A stretch of 64,000 nucleotides of DNA from an uncultured delta proteobacterium (GTDB taxonomy: Bacteria > Myxococcota > Myxococcia > Myxococcales > Anaeromyxobacteraceae), in the NCBI GenBank assembly GCA_963828255.1, contig CAWHDZ010000034.1, positions 124,862 to 188,861 of the forward strand, read 5' to 3'. Positions 26,041-35,956 of the stretch are shown piece by piece. The stretch's first letter is position 1; the number at the start of each line of letters is the position of its first letter. Position numbers and translations under genes: made by a program. Below the pieces are notes generated by a model. The model made no database searches and had not been told where the DNA came from. It saw only the letters and a list, made by a program, of their open reading frames with translations.

Positions 26041-26469
26041 AGGCGGTTGAACTGTTCGGAATTGAGCAGGCCAACCTACTTCTTGATCGGGGCAGCATAT
26101 CGGGTCAAGTCGTCAAGAGTTGGGAGTGCCGCGACTGCATCTTGCTGGATAGTTGGCGCGCTCAGTGGAAGAGACTTGTCACCAATGGTTGGCAGCCGTC
26201 GCCACGTGACTCGCTCCACAACGATTTGTGGGATGCCCTCGACCGATACGACCTGCCGATGGCGGACGTTGAGATCCTGCTCCAGGAAGCACTCGGAGCG
26301 GTCAGGTATTTTGCGGCAAAGAATAGGGCCGCCGCAGGGAGTATCGGGACGCTACGCCATAACTATCCAGATATTTGAGCGACTGACACGCACAATCTAC
26401 AGAATTCTTACTTCGTGGTAGGCCAATGTGTGCCGAATGCAACAGTCTAACTCTGCTTGCCAATAGCCA

Positions 26470-26523
26470 GGAGGGGCGCGCACTCCCTTGATAACGCGCT
26501 CGAAGGACGCCCGAGGAGGGCGA
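26470..26523 (+). repeat. 54-bp exact direct repeat, copy 2 (supplies the RBS of the 26531 gene)
   Basis: Identical to 25987-26040. Confidence 0.92.
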
Positions 26524-26530
26524 GCACGCC

Positions 26531-27274
26531 ATGACACTACTGGAAACGAAGGAGCACCAAGTCGAGGTGAAGTTTCACGAAGCGCAGATGGAGCCCGTTA
26601 GCGATTTCATGGAAGAGGTCGGGGAGCAGTTGAGGTTCCTGCAAGAGCATCCCGGCGAGGCGGAGGTCGTGCTCGTTGGCATCACCAACAGCCGCCACTA
26701 CTGCGTTACGTCGGCGGCATTCGTGGACAACGACTCCTCCCACTTTGGAGGCGGCATTTGGAAGGTCAAAGGCACCATGTTTGACGTGGACACGGGCAGC
26801 TCTTCCACCGACAAGGTCTTCACCGGGGCCGTCGATGCCACTTCCTTCGCCGTTGTAGTTGAACCCGACAGCGAGCCAACGGAAGTCTGCTTTCAGTCGA
26901 GCATTGCCCCGCTTGTAGGGACGACGACGCAATCCAGCGCGCCTCCGGTTGATCGAAGCGTAGCAGAGGAGTTGGTGCGACAGGGTCTACTGATGCGGCA
27001 AGAGGACTGTCGGTTCGTTGATGTGGCGCTAGCTGGTGGCTCCTACAGTTACCTTGAACCGTTCTGGCTGCAGATCGGAGCGATCGTTCGTGTGGACGGC
27101 GACACTCTTGTGACCCCCATTCAATCTCGAGAGGACGAGGCCGTTGTAAGGGAGAAGCTGGCAGCGGTGTGGGTAACTGCGGGAGCTCCACTGGGTTGGG
27201 CGCGGAAGGAGGCTGGTGCGGCGCTGGCGCATCTCCTCGGCAACGAAGAGGACACGGCGGCCGACCTCGTTTGA
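26531..27274 (+). CDS. Hypothetical protein
   Basis: 247-aa ORF with GAGGAGG RBS. Confidence 0.65.
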   Translation: MTLLETKEHQVEVKFHEAQMEPVSDFMEEVGEQLRFLQEHPGEAEVVLVGITNSRHYCVTSAAFVDNDSSHFGGGIWKVKGTMFDVDTGSSSTDKVFTGAVDATSFAVVVEPDSEPTEVCFQSSIAPLVGTTTQSSAPPVDRSVAEELVRQGLLMRQEDCRFVDVALAGGSYSYLEPFWLQIGAIVRVDGDTLVTPIQSREDEAVVREKLAAVWVTAGAPLGWARKEAGAALAHLLGNEEDTAADLV

Positions 27275-27460
27275 GCAGCAGTGGCGGTTCCACTGGAACC
27301 ACCGGAACCGGCCGGGATCGCTCTCTACTAGAACGATTCAAAGGGGTCGGGAACAAGAGCAAGAAGCCTACGGACTGCGCACGCCAGGGACGGCCAAAGG
27401 CTGCACTTCTTGCCTGCGGCTGGTTTCCTGATCGGGTAGCCTTCGCGCAGCGGAGAGCCC

Positions 27461-28483
27461 GTGACCACGTCATTCGTAGAATACAGACCGACCCTGGAGA
27501 ACTACTGGCGCTCGGTCATACTCTTCGGGCTCAACGTCGCGTCGTACAAGTTCGCGCTGGGCAAGGCCCTGCTCGATCTCGCCCCGCAAGGGAATGACTT
27601 CGTGACCCTTGAAACACTGGCGGAGCCGTTCTCGCGACACGTCTGCGAGCACCTCAAGTCTGCTCCAAAGCAAGGCACCTTTGCAGAGAGCAAGTTCTTG
27701 AATGCCTGTAAGTCGTTCAACGACGGCCAGCTCTCCCAGGATCGACTGATCGGCGAGACTGTACGGCTCGGGTTCAATAACGTCATCGACGCATTTCATG
27801 TCGTGAATCGTGGGGAGATCGGGACACGGTTCTTTGTCGATGAGAGGAAGGGGGCCCAGAAGGGCATTCGCCTCACTGACCAGATTCGTACGCTCCGGGA
27901 AGCCTTCCAGTTCCGAAATCTCCCCGGCGAGATCGAAGCGCGGTGGAGGCTTGTCGAAACTTCATGGGAACTCAAGCTGCCCCGGCACGTCATAGCCATC
28001 GAGTACGACGAGACAACAGAGCGCCTCTTCGTCGATAGGTATGGATACGAACGAAGAGATGTGACGGCTTGTCGGGATGCCTTGAACGGTTACCAGCGAG
28101 GGAAGTGCTTCTACTGCCGCATCGACATCTCTATCGAGCCAGGTGGCGTAGATATCGATCACTTCTTCCCGCACACTCTTCATCGGTCAGGATACTTGGC
28201 CAATCCAAACGGGGTCTGGAACCTCGTTTTGGCGTGCGTCAACTGCAACCGTGGGACATCCGGGAAGTGGGCATTGGTGCCGGAACTGCGCTTTCTCGAA
28301 CGCCTGTACCGACGCGGCGAGTATCTCATCGGCAGTTTCCATCCCCTTCGCGAGACGCTGATGGCTCAGACAGGCGCGACTCCCGAAGAACGTAAGTCGT
28401 TCTTGCAGACACGCTGGAACGAGGCGGTCGGGCACCTCATTCACACCTGGCACCCTGAGAACGAACTGGAGCCGAACCTATGA
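27461..28483 (+). CDS. HNH endonuclease with N-terminal YKFAL-type domain
   Basis: NVASYKFALGKALL; CFYC...DIDHFFP...WNLVLACVNCN. Confidence 0.85.
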   Translation: MTTSFVEYRPTLENYWRSVILFGLNVASYKFALGKALLDLAPQGNDFVTLETLAEPFSRHVCEHLKSAPKQGTFAESKFLNACKSFNDGQLSQDRLIGETVRLGFNNVIDAFHVVNRGEIGTRFFVDERKGAQKGIRLTDQIRTLREAFQFRNLPGEIEARWRLVETSWELKLPRHVIAIEYDETTERLFVDRYGYERRDVTACRDALNGYQRGKCFYCRIDISIEPGGVDIDHFFPHTLHRSGYLANPNGVWNLVLACVNCNRGTSGKWALVPELRFLERLYRRGEYLIGSFHPLRETLMAQTGATPEERKSFLQTRWNEAVGHLIHTWHPENELEPNL

Positions 28484-28869
28484 CGGAGCGACCGTGCCCT
28501 TTCTGCGATCGTATTGCGGCTGGCAAGGTCGAGGCCGAGTCAAGGCTTGCAGTCGCCTTCCCGGATGGCTTTCCTGTCAGTAACGGCCATTTTCTGGTCG
28601 TCCCGAGGCGTCATGAGGCCGACTTCTTCGCGCTGACGCAAGCCGAGCAAGAAGACATGCTTGCTGTCGCCAGAGAGGTGGAGAGCCTCCTTCGGTCCAA
28701 GCACAGTCCTGCGGGGTTCAACGTCGGCATCAACGTCGGCACGGCTGCTGGCCAGACAGTCGGGCACGCTCACCTTCATCTGATTCCCCGGTACAACGGA
28801 GATGTGGCGGACCCGAGGGGCGGCATCAGGTGGGTGATCCCGACGAAGGCCCCCTACTGGGAACGGTAA
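28480..28869 (+). CDS. HIT family nucleotide hydrolase
   Basis: CPFC, GHFLVVP, AGQTVGHAHLHLIPR (histidine triad); ATGA overlap with the HNH gene. Confidence 0.92.
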   Translation: MTERPCPFCDRIAAGKVEAESRLAVAFPDGFPVSNGHFLVVPRRHEADFFALTQAEQEDMLAVAREVESLLRSKHSPAGFNVGINVGTAAGQTVGHAHLHLIPRYNGDVADPRGGIRWVIPTKAPYWER

Positions 28870-28895
28870 GAGCCCCACCAAGCCCCGCTAGAATT

Positions 28896-29783
28896 CTAGG
28901 GTGCGTTCACCACCGTAGCCGAGAGGGCGTAGGAGTAAGAGCACGCAACATGGCAATCACAAACGTTGGGTAAGGCCACTCCGGACGGCGGCGTTACGCT
29001 GTTGGTCAAGGATCCGGTGAAGCCCAAGGGTCGCCCGGACGGATCGCGATTCATGGTCCCGCGAGTCCGCTCCTCGATTGTCACGGGGCAGGAGCAGTTC
29101 AAGAGCGGGGAGCCGGGCGGGCAGAGGCACCTCCCTGCCGTGACTGCTGTGACGTTCGGGCAAGTGCAACTGCCCACGTTCACGGTTGAGTTCACGTAGA
29201 ACAGGTCGATGTCATAACCAGTGTGGGTTCCGAGGCGTGGCACCGAGTGCGGGGCCACTAGGAATAGGGCAGCGCGGTCACTACCATCGGCGGCGAAAAA
29301 GATGTCGCCAGAAAACCCGATGGGGTTCCTAACTTGGTAAGCGGGGCTTCCGGGGTTGGCGAAGAAGCAGTCGTTGGGGCTCAGAATCTGGCTGCCAGCA
29401 AAGGCGAAGGTGCCGATCAGGTTCCCCCAGGCAACGGCCACGCTGAGAATGGCCGTAGTACTGCCCGAGGCGTTGGTCGCTGTCACAGTGTAGTTGGCCG
29501 CTTGCGTGACCGCCGTGGGTGTCCCACCGATGACACCCGTAGCTGTACTAAGGCTCAGCCCTGGCGGTAGCGCCGGAGTCACGCTGTAACCGCTGACTGT
29601 CCCTCCCGTATTGGTTGGAACGTTCGGCGGAATCGCAGTTCCCTGCGTATAGACAGCGGGGTTCTGCGAGTACGCGAGGCCAGCGGGCGGCGTGCCGGTG
29701 CCCCCTCCCCCCGATCCCGTGGAGTCACCGCCACATGCGGTGAGCGCCAACACCATTCCGACAGCGAGCTGTGGACTTCGCAT
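28896..29783 (-). CDS. Lipoprotein with putative Ig (He_PIG) domain and Cys-rich C-terminus
   Basis: Lipobox LTAC; PALPPGLSLSTATGVIGGTPT...YTVTATN. Confidence 0.75.
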   Translation of the reverse strand: MRSPQLAVGMVLALTACGGDSTGSGGGGTGTPPAGLAYSQNPAVYTQGTAIPPNVPTNTGGTVSGYSVTPALPPGLSLSTATGVIGGTPTAVTQAANYTVTATNASGSTTAILSVAVAWGNLIGTFAFAGSQILSPNDCFFANPGSPAYQVRNPIGFSGDIFFAADGSDRAALFLVAPHSVPRLGTHTGYDIDLFYVNSTVNVGSCTCPNVTAVTAGRCLCPPGSPLLNCSCPVTIEERTRGTMNRDPSGRPLGFTGSLTNSVTPPSGVALPNVCDCHVACSYSYALSATVVNAP

Positions 29784-30191
29784 AACTTCCCCTCCGACGT
29801 GCACAATACGTGAGCGGGTGGAGGATGCGAGTACCAAGGAAGGGCGGGGTCAGTGGGCAACGTTATTCGCCTCAATCAGCCCCGTTTTGCGAAGCCTATT
29901 CCTAGGTCGGCATCAGATCGTCGCCAGCCTACCCTTCGGAAGTCGGCAGATCAGCGACCGCACATCTACCCAGCCCCGCCACAGGGTCTTCGTCGTCCAC
30001 TCGGACGAGGCTCCTCGGCCAGGAATGGGCTCACCGACAGTGCAGGGCGGGAGCCTGCCCAGGTGGAGCCACAGCCCACGGCACTTGCTCGACAGGCCTC
30101 GGACGCGAGATCCGCACTCCGTTCACCGCGTGGGGCTGCTATTGTCGTTGCCGTTCACGACTCGCGTTCCGAGGGCTGCCAAGGAGCTTCG

Positions 30192-31208
30192 ATGCATCTC
30201 CACCGAGCCGCCGCTGTCATCGCAAGCGTCGTTGCCGCCGCGTTCGTTGCATGCGGCGGGACCTCCACGCCGACCGATCCTCCCACCGGTCTTCTGTACT
30301 CCTCCAACCCAGGCGTCTACACGGTGGGCTCGGCCATCACCCCCAACACGCCGACCAGCAGCGGAGGGGCCGTAGCGTCCTACGCAGTGTCGCCCGCGCT
30401 GCCCCCAGGCCTGAGCCTGAACACCCCCACTGGCGTCATCGGAGGGACGCCCACGGCTGTTACGCCAGCGGCCAACTACACGGTGACCGCCACCAACGCC
30501 ACGGGCAGCACTACGGCGATTATCAACGTAGCGGTCAACGCCGTGATCCCGCCCACTGACCTTTCGACGCCACTGCCTCCTGGGCTGGGACCAGCAGCGT
30601 TGGTCACCGATCTCGGGTGGCCAGCAGCCTGCACCTCAGGGACCGGCACTGGGACGTTGACCATCGGAGCGTCGATAATCGTCCTCGGTTCGCCCGGGTA
30701 CACCGAGCGACACGCCCGGGGCTGCGTCGCGTCTCCGCTTTTGGCGGTGTGGCAGGCGCTCCAGATCCCGACCGGCATCGACGTGGCGTTTTGGCCGGAG
30801 CGCACCGAGTCCGATTGTGAGCCTCGACGCGACGTCGAGTCCGGCTACGCGGTGAGCTTTCTCACGAAGGAGATCCCCCACGGCGGGATCCAGAGTCACT
30901 ACACATTCGAGGTCACTTGGCGCGCTGAACTGACACAGGGCACGACCTCCGCCCCCACTGAGGTGAAGATGTTCTACGGGAAGACCTTCGGCACCGTGGA
31001 GGTCCCCTGGCTTCGCGGCTCGGCCGTCTTCACCACTGATTCCTCGAACCCCGGATGGACACGCATCGAGTTGGTCCGTCAGTACAACTCGAATGGTCAT
31101 GCCGATGATCCGACGAAGCTCTTGAACTGGTTGCAGGGATTCTACGACGGCCTCCAGACCCAGTTATCCACGGGGACACTGACTCCGCGCTACTGCGTCC
31201 TGCCCTGA
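30192..31208 (+). CDS. Lipoprotein with putative Ig (He_PIG) domain
   Basis: AAGGAG RBS, lipobox FVAC; PALPPGLSLNTPTGVIGGTPT...YTVTATN. Confidence 0.75.
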   Translation: MHLHRAAAVIASVVAAAFVACGGTSTPTDPPTGLLYSSNPGVYTVGSAITPNTPTSSGGAVASYAVSPALPPGLSLNTPTGVIGGTPTAVTPAANYTVTATNATGSTTAIINVAVNAVIPPTDLSTPLPPGLGPAALVTDLGWPAACTSGTGTGTLTIGASIIVLGSPGYTERHARGCVASPLLAVWQALQIPTGIDVAFWPERTESDCEPRRDVESGYAVSFLTKEIPHGGIQSHYTFEVTWRAELTQGTTSAPTEVKMFYGKTFGTVEVPWLRGSAVFTTDSSNPGWTRIELVRQYNSNGHADDPTKLLNWLQGFYDGLQTQLSTGTLTPRYCVLP

Positions 31209-31256
31209 GGTATTGGCTGATCGATCCCCCCCAACAATCCGCCCCAAGCGAACAAC

Positions 31257-32159
31257 GTGCCAAGCGTTCCCAACGAGAACCCACCAGTCGAGGTCGTCCG
31301 CTCACTTGAGGCCGCGATCAAGGACGGCCTCACGCGCCTCGGCGCGAGTTCGGTCCCCCGCTACGCTCGGTTCATTCTCGCGGCCCTCAGTAGTATCCCG
31401 TGGGTCGGCGGACTCATCGGGGCCAGCGCGAACCTCTACGGTGAGCACGACCAGGAGAAGGTCAACCGCCTCCAACGAGCGTGGCTGGAGACGCACGGAG
31501 AGCGTCTCCGCGACGTGGCCGATGCTATCGACGACGTGACAACTCGGCTCGATCAGTTCGGCGAAGAGGTTCAGCAGCGAATCGAGAGCGAGGAGTACCT
31601 GTCCCTCGTTCGCAAGGCATTTCGAGTTTGGGACGAGGCTGACACCAAGGAGAAGCGGCGTCTAATTCAGAAGCTTCTCGCCCATGCGGGAAGCTCGAGA
31701 ATCACCTCCGACGACGTGGTGCGACTCTTCGTGGAATGGATTGAGCGGTACCATGAGGCTCATTTCGCGGTCATCCGCGAGGTGTTCCGGCACCCCGGGT
31801 CAACGCGCTCCGACATTTGGGAAGCCATCCATGGCGACCAGCCACGCGAAGACTCTGCCGAGGCTGATCTTTTCAAGCTGCTCATCCACGACCTGACTAC
31901 TGGACGGGTCATCCGTCAGCACCGGCCCACGAACTATCATGGCCAGTTCCTGAGGAAGGCGCGGACGGGACCCAGGACGCCAGCCCCTTCGGTCATGAAG
32001 TCGGCCTTCGACGGTGCCGATCCCTACGAACTCACCGAACTGGGGAAGCAGTTCGTCCACTACACGATGAATGAAATAGTGCCGAGAATGGGTGAGGGTC
32101 CCGTGAATCCGAGCGCCTCCGAGCCAGCGCAGGTGGATGACAAACCGACCGAGGCCTAA
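31257..32159 (+). CDS. Hypothetical protein, Abi-alpha/DUF4393-like
   Basis: N-terminal IPWVGG, helical body, C-terminal winged-helix-like end YELTELGKQFV. Confidence 0.55.
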   Translation: MPSVPNENPPVEVVRSLEAAIKDGLTRLGASSVPRYARFILAALSSIPWVGGLIGASANLYGEHDQEKVNRLQRAWLETHGERLRDVADAIDDVTTRLDQFGEEVQQRIESEEYLSLVRKAFRVWDEADTKEKRRLIQKLLAHAGSSRITSDDVVRLFVEWIERYHEAHFAVIREVFRHPGSTRSDIWEAIHGDQPREDSAEADLFKLLIHDLTTGRVIRQHRPTNYHGQFLRKARTGPRTPAPSVMKSAFDGADPYELTELGKQFVHYTMNEIVPRMGEGPVNPSASEPAQVDDKPTEA

Positions 32160-32162
32160 GAC

Positions 32163-33595
32163 CAATGCCGATCAGATAAGGGCAAGCGATCGCCGCGACT
32201 GAGGTTTGGGCGACGGTCTTGCCGTAGGGATCGAGGGGATCATGATGCACGTCGGGAGGAAACGACGTGCACCTTGGCCAGGCGTTGGCGGCGGCGGCGG
32301 AGTTCGCGGAGCCGAGTAGCTTCGAGCAACTTGGGCGGCACCTCGACCCGGCATGGATCGAGCGGGCGCTTCGGGCCACGGGGACGACGACGATCCGTCG
32401 GCGGCGATTGCCCGCCGAGCAGGTGGTCTGGCTCGTCATCGGGATGGGGCTGTACCGGGCTGAATCGATCGAGCGGGTCGTGGACCTGCTCGACATTCCG
32501 TTGCCGGACCAAGACGACACGGCGGTCGCTAAGAGTGCCGTCAGCCAAGCGCGGCAGCGGCTCCCGGAGGCACCGCTGGCGTATCTGTTCGAGACGACGG
32601 CGGCGGAGTGGGCGACGCGGAGCGCGGATGCGCATCGATGGCGCGGTCTGGCCCTTTTCGGGATGGACGGAACCTCGATGAGGGTCCCGGATTCGCCGGA
32701 GAACCGGGAGGTTTTCGGAGGACCGGTCGGCCGGAACGGCGACAGTGGCTATCCCCAGGTCCGAGTCGTGGCGCTGATGGCGCTTCGCTCGCACGTGCTC
32801 GCAACCGTTCGCTTCGCCAAGTACAGCATCGGCGAGACGACGCTGGCCCGGTCGGTCTGGAGCGAGATCCCCGAGAACACGCTGACGATCGTCGACCGGA
32901 ACTTCCTCGTGAAGAAGGACCTCATCCATCTCGAGACGAGCGGGAACCGGCACTGGCTCTCGCGGACGAAGGTGAACACCCGCTGGGCGGTGAAGGAGAA
33001 GCTCGGCAAGGACGACTATCTCGTCGAGTGGGACGTTCACGAGACCGGCCTGCCGGGGAAGTGGGAAATCCGGGCGATCCACTACAAGCGCAAGGGCTGC
33101 CCACGCTCCACGCTTCTGACCTCGCTCGTCGATGCGGAAAAGTACCCGGCCAAGGAACTCGTCGCCCTCTACCACGAGCGCTGGGAACTGGAACTCGCGT
33201 ACGACGAGGTGAAGACGCATCTCCTCGACCGCCAGGAGACGATCCGCAGTCGAACCCCCGGCGGCGTTCGCCAGGAGCTCTGGGGGATCGCCATCGCCTA
33301 CAACCTGGTGCGCAGGGAGATGGAGCGCGTGGCCGAGGCGGCCGGCGTCCCGCCCACGCGCATCAGCTTCGTCAATGCACTCTTCTACGTCCGCGACGAA
33401 CTGAGCCGACTCCGGGGCCGAACTCTCGCGTTTGGAACCATCCCCTCGCGACTCAAAGCGCTCGAACGAAACCTCAAACGGCTCATCCTTCCGGAAAGAC
33501 GCCCAGAACGTGCCTTCCCCAGGGCCGTGAAGATCAAGATGAGCAACTACCCCCGGAAGCTACCCGTCACCGCAGGCCGTAAGTGAACGGCATTG
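32163..33595 (+). mobile_element. Complete IS4-family insertion sequence (1433 bp)
   Basis: Imperfect TIRs CAATGCCGATCAGATAAGG / CAATGCCGTTCACTTACGG; 10-bp TSD GGCCTAAGAC at 32153-32162 and 33596-33605. Confidence 0.93.
32267..33586 (+). CDS. IS4 family DDE transposase
   Basis: RRRRLPAE, DGT, GYPQVR, DRNF, YHERWELELAYDEVK (YREK motif). Confidence 0.95.
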   Translation: MHLGQALAAAAEFAEPSSFEQLGRHLDPAWIERALRATGTTTIRRRRLPAEQVVWLVIGMGLYRAESIERVVDLLDIPLPDQDDTAVAKSAVSQARQRLPEAPLAYLFETTAAEWATRSADAHRWRGLALFGMDGTSMRVPDSPENREVFGGPVGRNGDSGYPQVRVVALMALRSHVLATVRFAKYSIGETTLARSVWSEIPENTLTIVDRNFLVKKDLIHLETSGNRHWLSRTKVNTRWAVKEKLGKDDYLVEWDVHETGLPGKWEIRAIHYKRKGCPRSTLLTSLVDAEKYPAKELVALYHERWELELAYDEVKTHLLDRQETIRSRTPGGVRQELWGIAIAYNLVRREMERVAEAAGVPPTRISFVNALFYVRDELSRLRGRTLAFGTIPSRLKALERNLKRLILPERRPERAFPRAVKIKMSNYPRKLPVTAGRK

Positions 33596-34086
33596 GGCCT
33601 AAGACCGCAAGGGTATGCGACGCTGATCTTTGTGCCATGAACGGCACCGGTACCTCTGGCGCACGTTAAGCCCGAACGTCCGGCGGCAGAACTGCATCCA
33701 GTTCCACATTCGCTGCTCCAGCCGCAAGGGTCACCCGGCTAACCTCGACATCCCGCCGTCCCAAAATGTTGAGCCCGACTTCCCCCTCGCAACGGGGGCT
33801 GGCGGATCGGCAGCAGGGGTCGGTCCGAAAAGGTACTTCTGGGACTGCACCCGGTTGATGGTCGCTTGGCGCGCATTTCCCGGAAGCCACCGTCATTCGA
33901 ATACGCCGCCTGCCCCTAATCGGTCATGTGGCCGTCGCCGACCAGGGCAGGAGCCGCCAAGCCCTCCTGACGGGGAATTAGGAACCAGAATTCCGGCCAT
34001 TTGCAGGGCCATCGGTCGGGCATGAACACGAGGTCCCGTTCCGCCTGAAAGCAGCGTCGTGTCCCCCCCGCCTGTACACTCCTTTC

Positions 34087-35181
34087 GTGCCTCCGAGAAC
34101 ACCCAGCAAGAGCCGCGTCCGTCGTGCAGCTGACGTCGAGGGCAAAGTCCGGTCCTGGCTTGTCAGGAGCGGCACCACCGTCTTGGACCCTCAGTCGCTC
34201 AGGAAGGCCGCAGCAGGGGAACAGGACCCGCTCAACTACATCGACTTCCTTGTCACGAAGCCATTTCCCTTGGCGATCGAAGTGAAGGGTTCCGTTACCG
34301 CGCTGCCCCTATCCGCAAAACGGCTTCTGTCGACCCGCATCCTCCTCGCCGAGTCGTTCGGACCCGACTTGCCTTTCGTCGTGGTTGCCGCCGACGGGGT
34401 CGGCCGGCCCACTTCACGAACGCAGCTTCCCTTTGTGGATCGAGTTCTTTTCGCTTCCCGCCTGCCGATTCTTGCAGACTTGGCGAATGTGCAAGTCCGG
34501 CGGGATTTTCGCACCATCTTTTCTCTCGGAGACCCAGGACCTGTGCAGTTCTCCTCTGCGACACAGGTGACCTCCGATTGGTCGCGGCCTTGCACTCTCG
34601 AAGACTTCCTCGGGAGGGTCAGGGTGGCGGACCGAGTGCTCGGGGCCGAACTTAGGCGATCCCTTGTGTCGCAACTCTCCCCAGATGCGTCCGAATCTCG
34701 CGACAGCACCCGCGCTGACTTTGCTGGGCTAACGCACGGGACATACTTTGCCCTCGTGGGAAAGCTTCAGGGCGAATTCTCGAGGCACCTTGAGGAGAAG
34801 GCAGGCCTACGCGTCATAGGCAAGACCCATCCCGGCACCGGGCTCGGGCAACTCACAGAACTGCGCTCCGCCGCTGGTTCAATCCTAGCGGTGGACTTGC
34901 TCTTCACTTCCCCCGGCTCTCTTTCCAGCAAGGTCCGAGAACTCGTCGCACGGGCCTGGCTTCTACGCGCGATGAAGTCCCCGTCGCCGGTTGTCCCCGT
35001 CCTAGTGCTCGCGCTTTTGGGCGGGACCTCGGGGGAGGACGGTGTCCCCAATTCGCCGGCACCGTCGTTGGCAAACCTCAACGCGTTGGAGTCTGCGGGC
35101 TGGCGAGTGCTCCCCTTTGACTTAGGCCATCCACAGAGCCAGTTGCTGGCTCGGCTCGAGGAACTTGCGCGATGCCCTTGA
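34087..35181 (+). CDS. Putative PD-(D/E)XK nuclease-domain protein
   Basis: VEGKVRSWL...IDFLV...AIEVK. Confidence 0.5.
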   Translation: MPPRTPSKSRVRRAADVEGKVRSWLVRSGTTVLDPQSLRKAAAGEQDPLNYIDFLVTKPFPLAIEVKGSVTALPLSAKRLLSTRILLAESFGPDLPFVVVAADGVGRPTSRTQLPFVDRVLFASRLPILADLANVQVRRDFRTIFSLGDPGPVQFSSATQVTSDWSRPCTLEDFLGRVRVADRVLGAELRRSLVSQLSPDASESRDSTRADFAGLTHGTYFALVGKLQGEFSRHLEEKAGLRVIGKTHPGTGLGQLTELRSAAGSILAVDLLFTSPGSLSSKVRELVARAWLLRAMKSPSPVVPVLVLALLGGTSGEDGVPNSPAPSLANLNALESAGWRVLPFDLGHPQSQLLARLEELARCP

Positions 35182-35813
35182 ACGCTCCCCAGGTCGATCA
35201 CATCAGTTTCTTTCCTTCGGCCCCACGGGAGCTGGAGGCAGCGCGTGCGCTTGCCGCGGCCCGGCACTTCACGGAAGCGGGGCTTCGGCTCGGTCGCGGT
35301 CTCGAGGCCTGCCTCTACGACGCCGCCCGCATGCTCAACCTGCAGATCACCGACCGCGTCCTCGCCAATCTCGAGGGGCTTCGAGAGACCCTCCGAGGCG
35401 ACATGATTGGAATCTTGCGTCACGGAAGTTCGGAATCCGTTCGACGTCTCGCCAACGCAGCCAGCGGGCTCTCAATCGCAATAGCAACTCTCTCGGAGAG
35501 CGCGGCGGCTCGGGCTGGTGTGGCATCAGAGACCCCCCGAAACCCTGAAGCCATCTTCCGGGACCTACTCGCGATGTCACCTGGCAAGTCGTTTCGACGG
35601 AAGCTCGAGTCTCACCAGGCGTCGATCCGAGAGGTTCGCATTCTCCGCAATGCAGCCGCCCACGCATCCCTTCACGGCCTGCCGAATGAACTCTCGGAGC
35701 AAGAGTACCTGCGAATGCTCGGGTCGTTGGATGGGTTCATGCTTTCCCTGTGTCTCTTGTGCATCGGGCAGATCGCCACCCAGGTCGCGCTTTCGGCCTC
35801 GCCTGCCCCCTGA
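35172..35813 (+). CDS. Putative HEPN-domain protein
   Basis: All-helical; GRGLEACL near the N-terminus and RNAAAH (RxxxxH) near the C-terminus; overlaps the upstream gene. Confidence 0.55.
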   Translation: MPLNAPQVDHISFFPSAPRELEAARALAAARHFTEAGLRLGRGLEACLYDAARMLNLQITDRVLANLEGLRETLRGDMIGILRHGSSESVRRLANAASGLSIAIATLSESAAARAGVASETPRNPEAIFRDLLAMSPGKSFRRKLESHQASIREVRILRNAAAHASLHGLPNELSEQEYLRMLGSLDGFMLSLCLLCIGQIATQVALSASPAP

Positions 35814-35956
35814 CCGCTACCATCGCTGGTAGCAAGCAGCGAACCCGGGAATCCTGATCCTGAGCGACCGTCGGCTCTCGTGCTGAATGAGAACGGGCCG
35901 TCGAATCATCGCGGCTCGTTGACGGAAGCCAGTGTTGTTGAGTCTTCTCACCTAGG

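Noticed and set aside
22112..26523. Possible CRISPR array from the short repeats or the 54-bp repeat
   Set aside because: No regular repeat-spacer period, only two copies of the long repeat, and no cas1/cas2; the Cas4-like gene is in a non-CRISPR operon
25708..27313. 15-bp repeat CCACCGGAACCGGCC at 25708-25722 and 27299-27313
   Set aside because: May be a remnant duplication, but too short and GC-rich to support a claim alone
28888..28906. AATTCTAGGGTGCG as a possible attR copy of the tRNA-Arg 3' end
   Set aside because: Short, mismatched, and coincides with a gene stop codon; accessory genes continue beyond it
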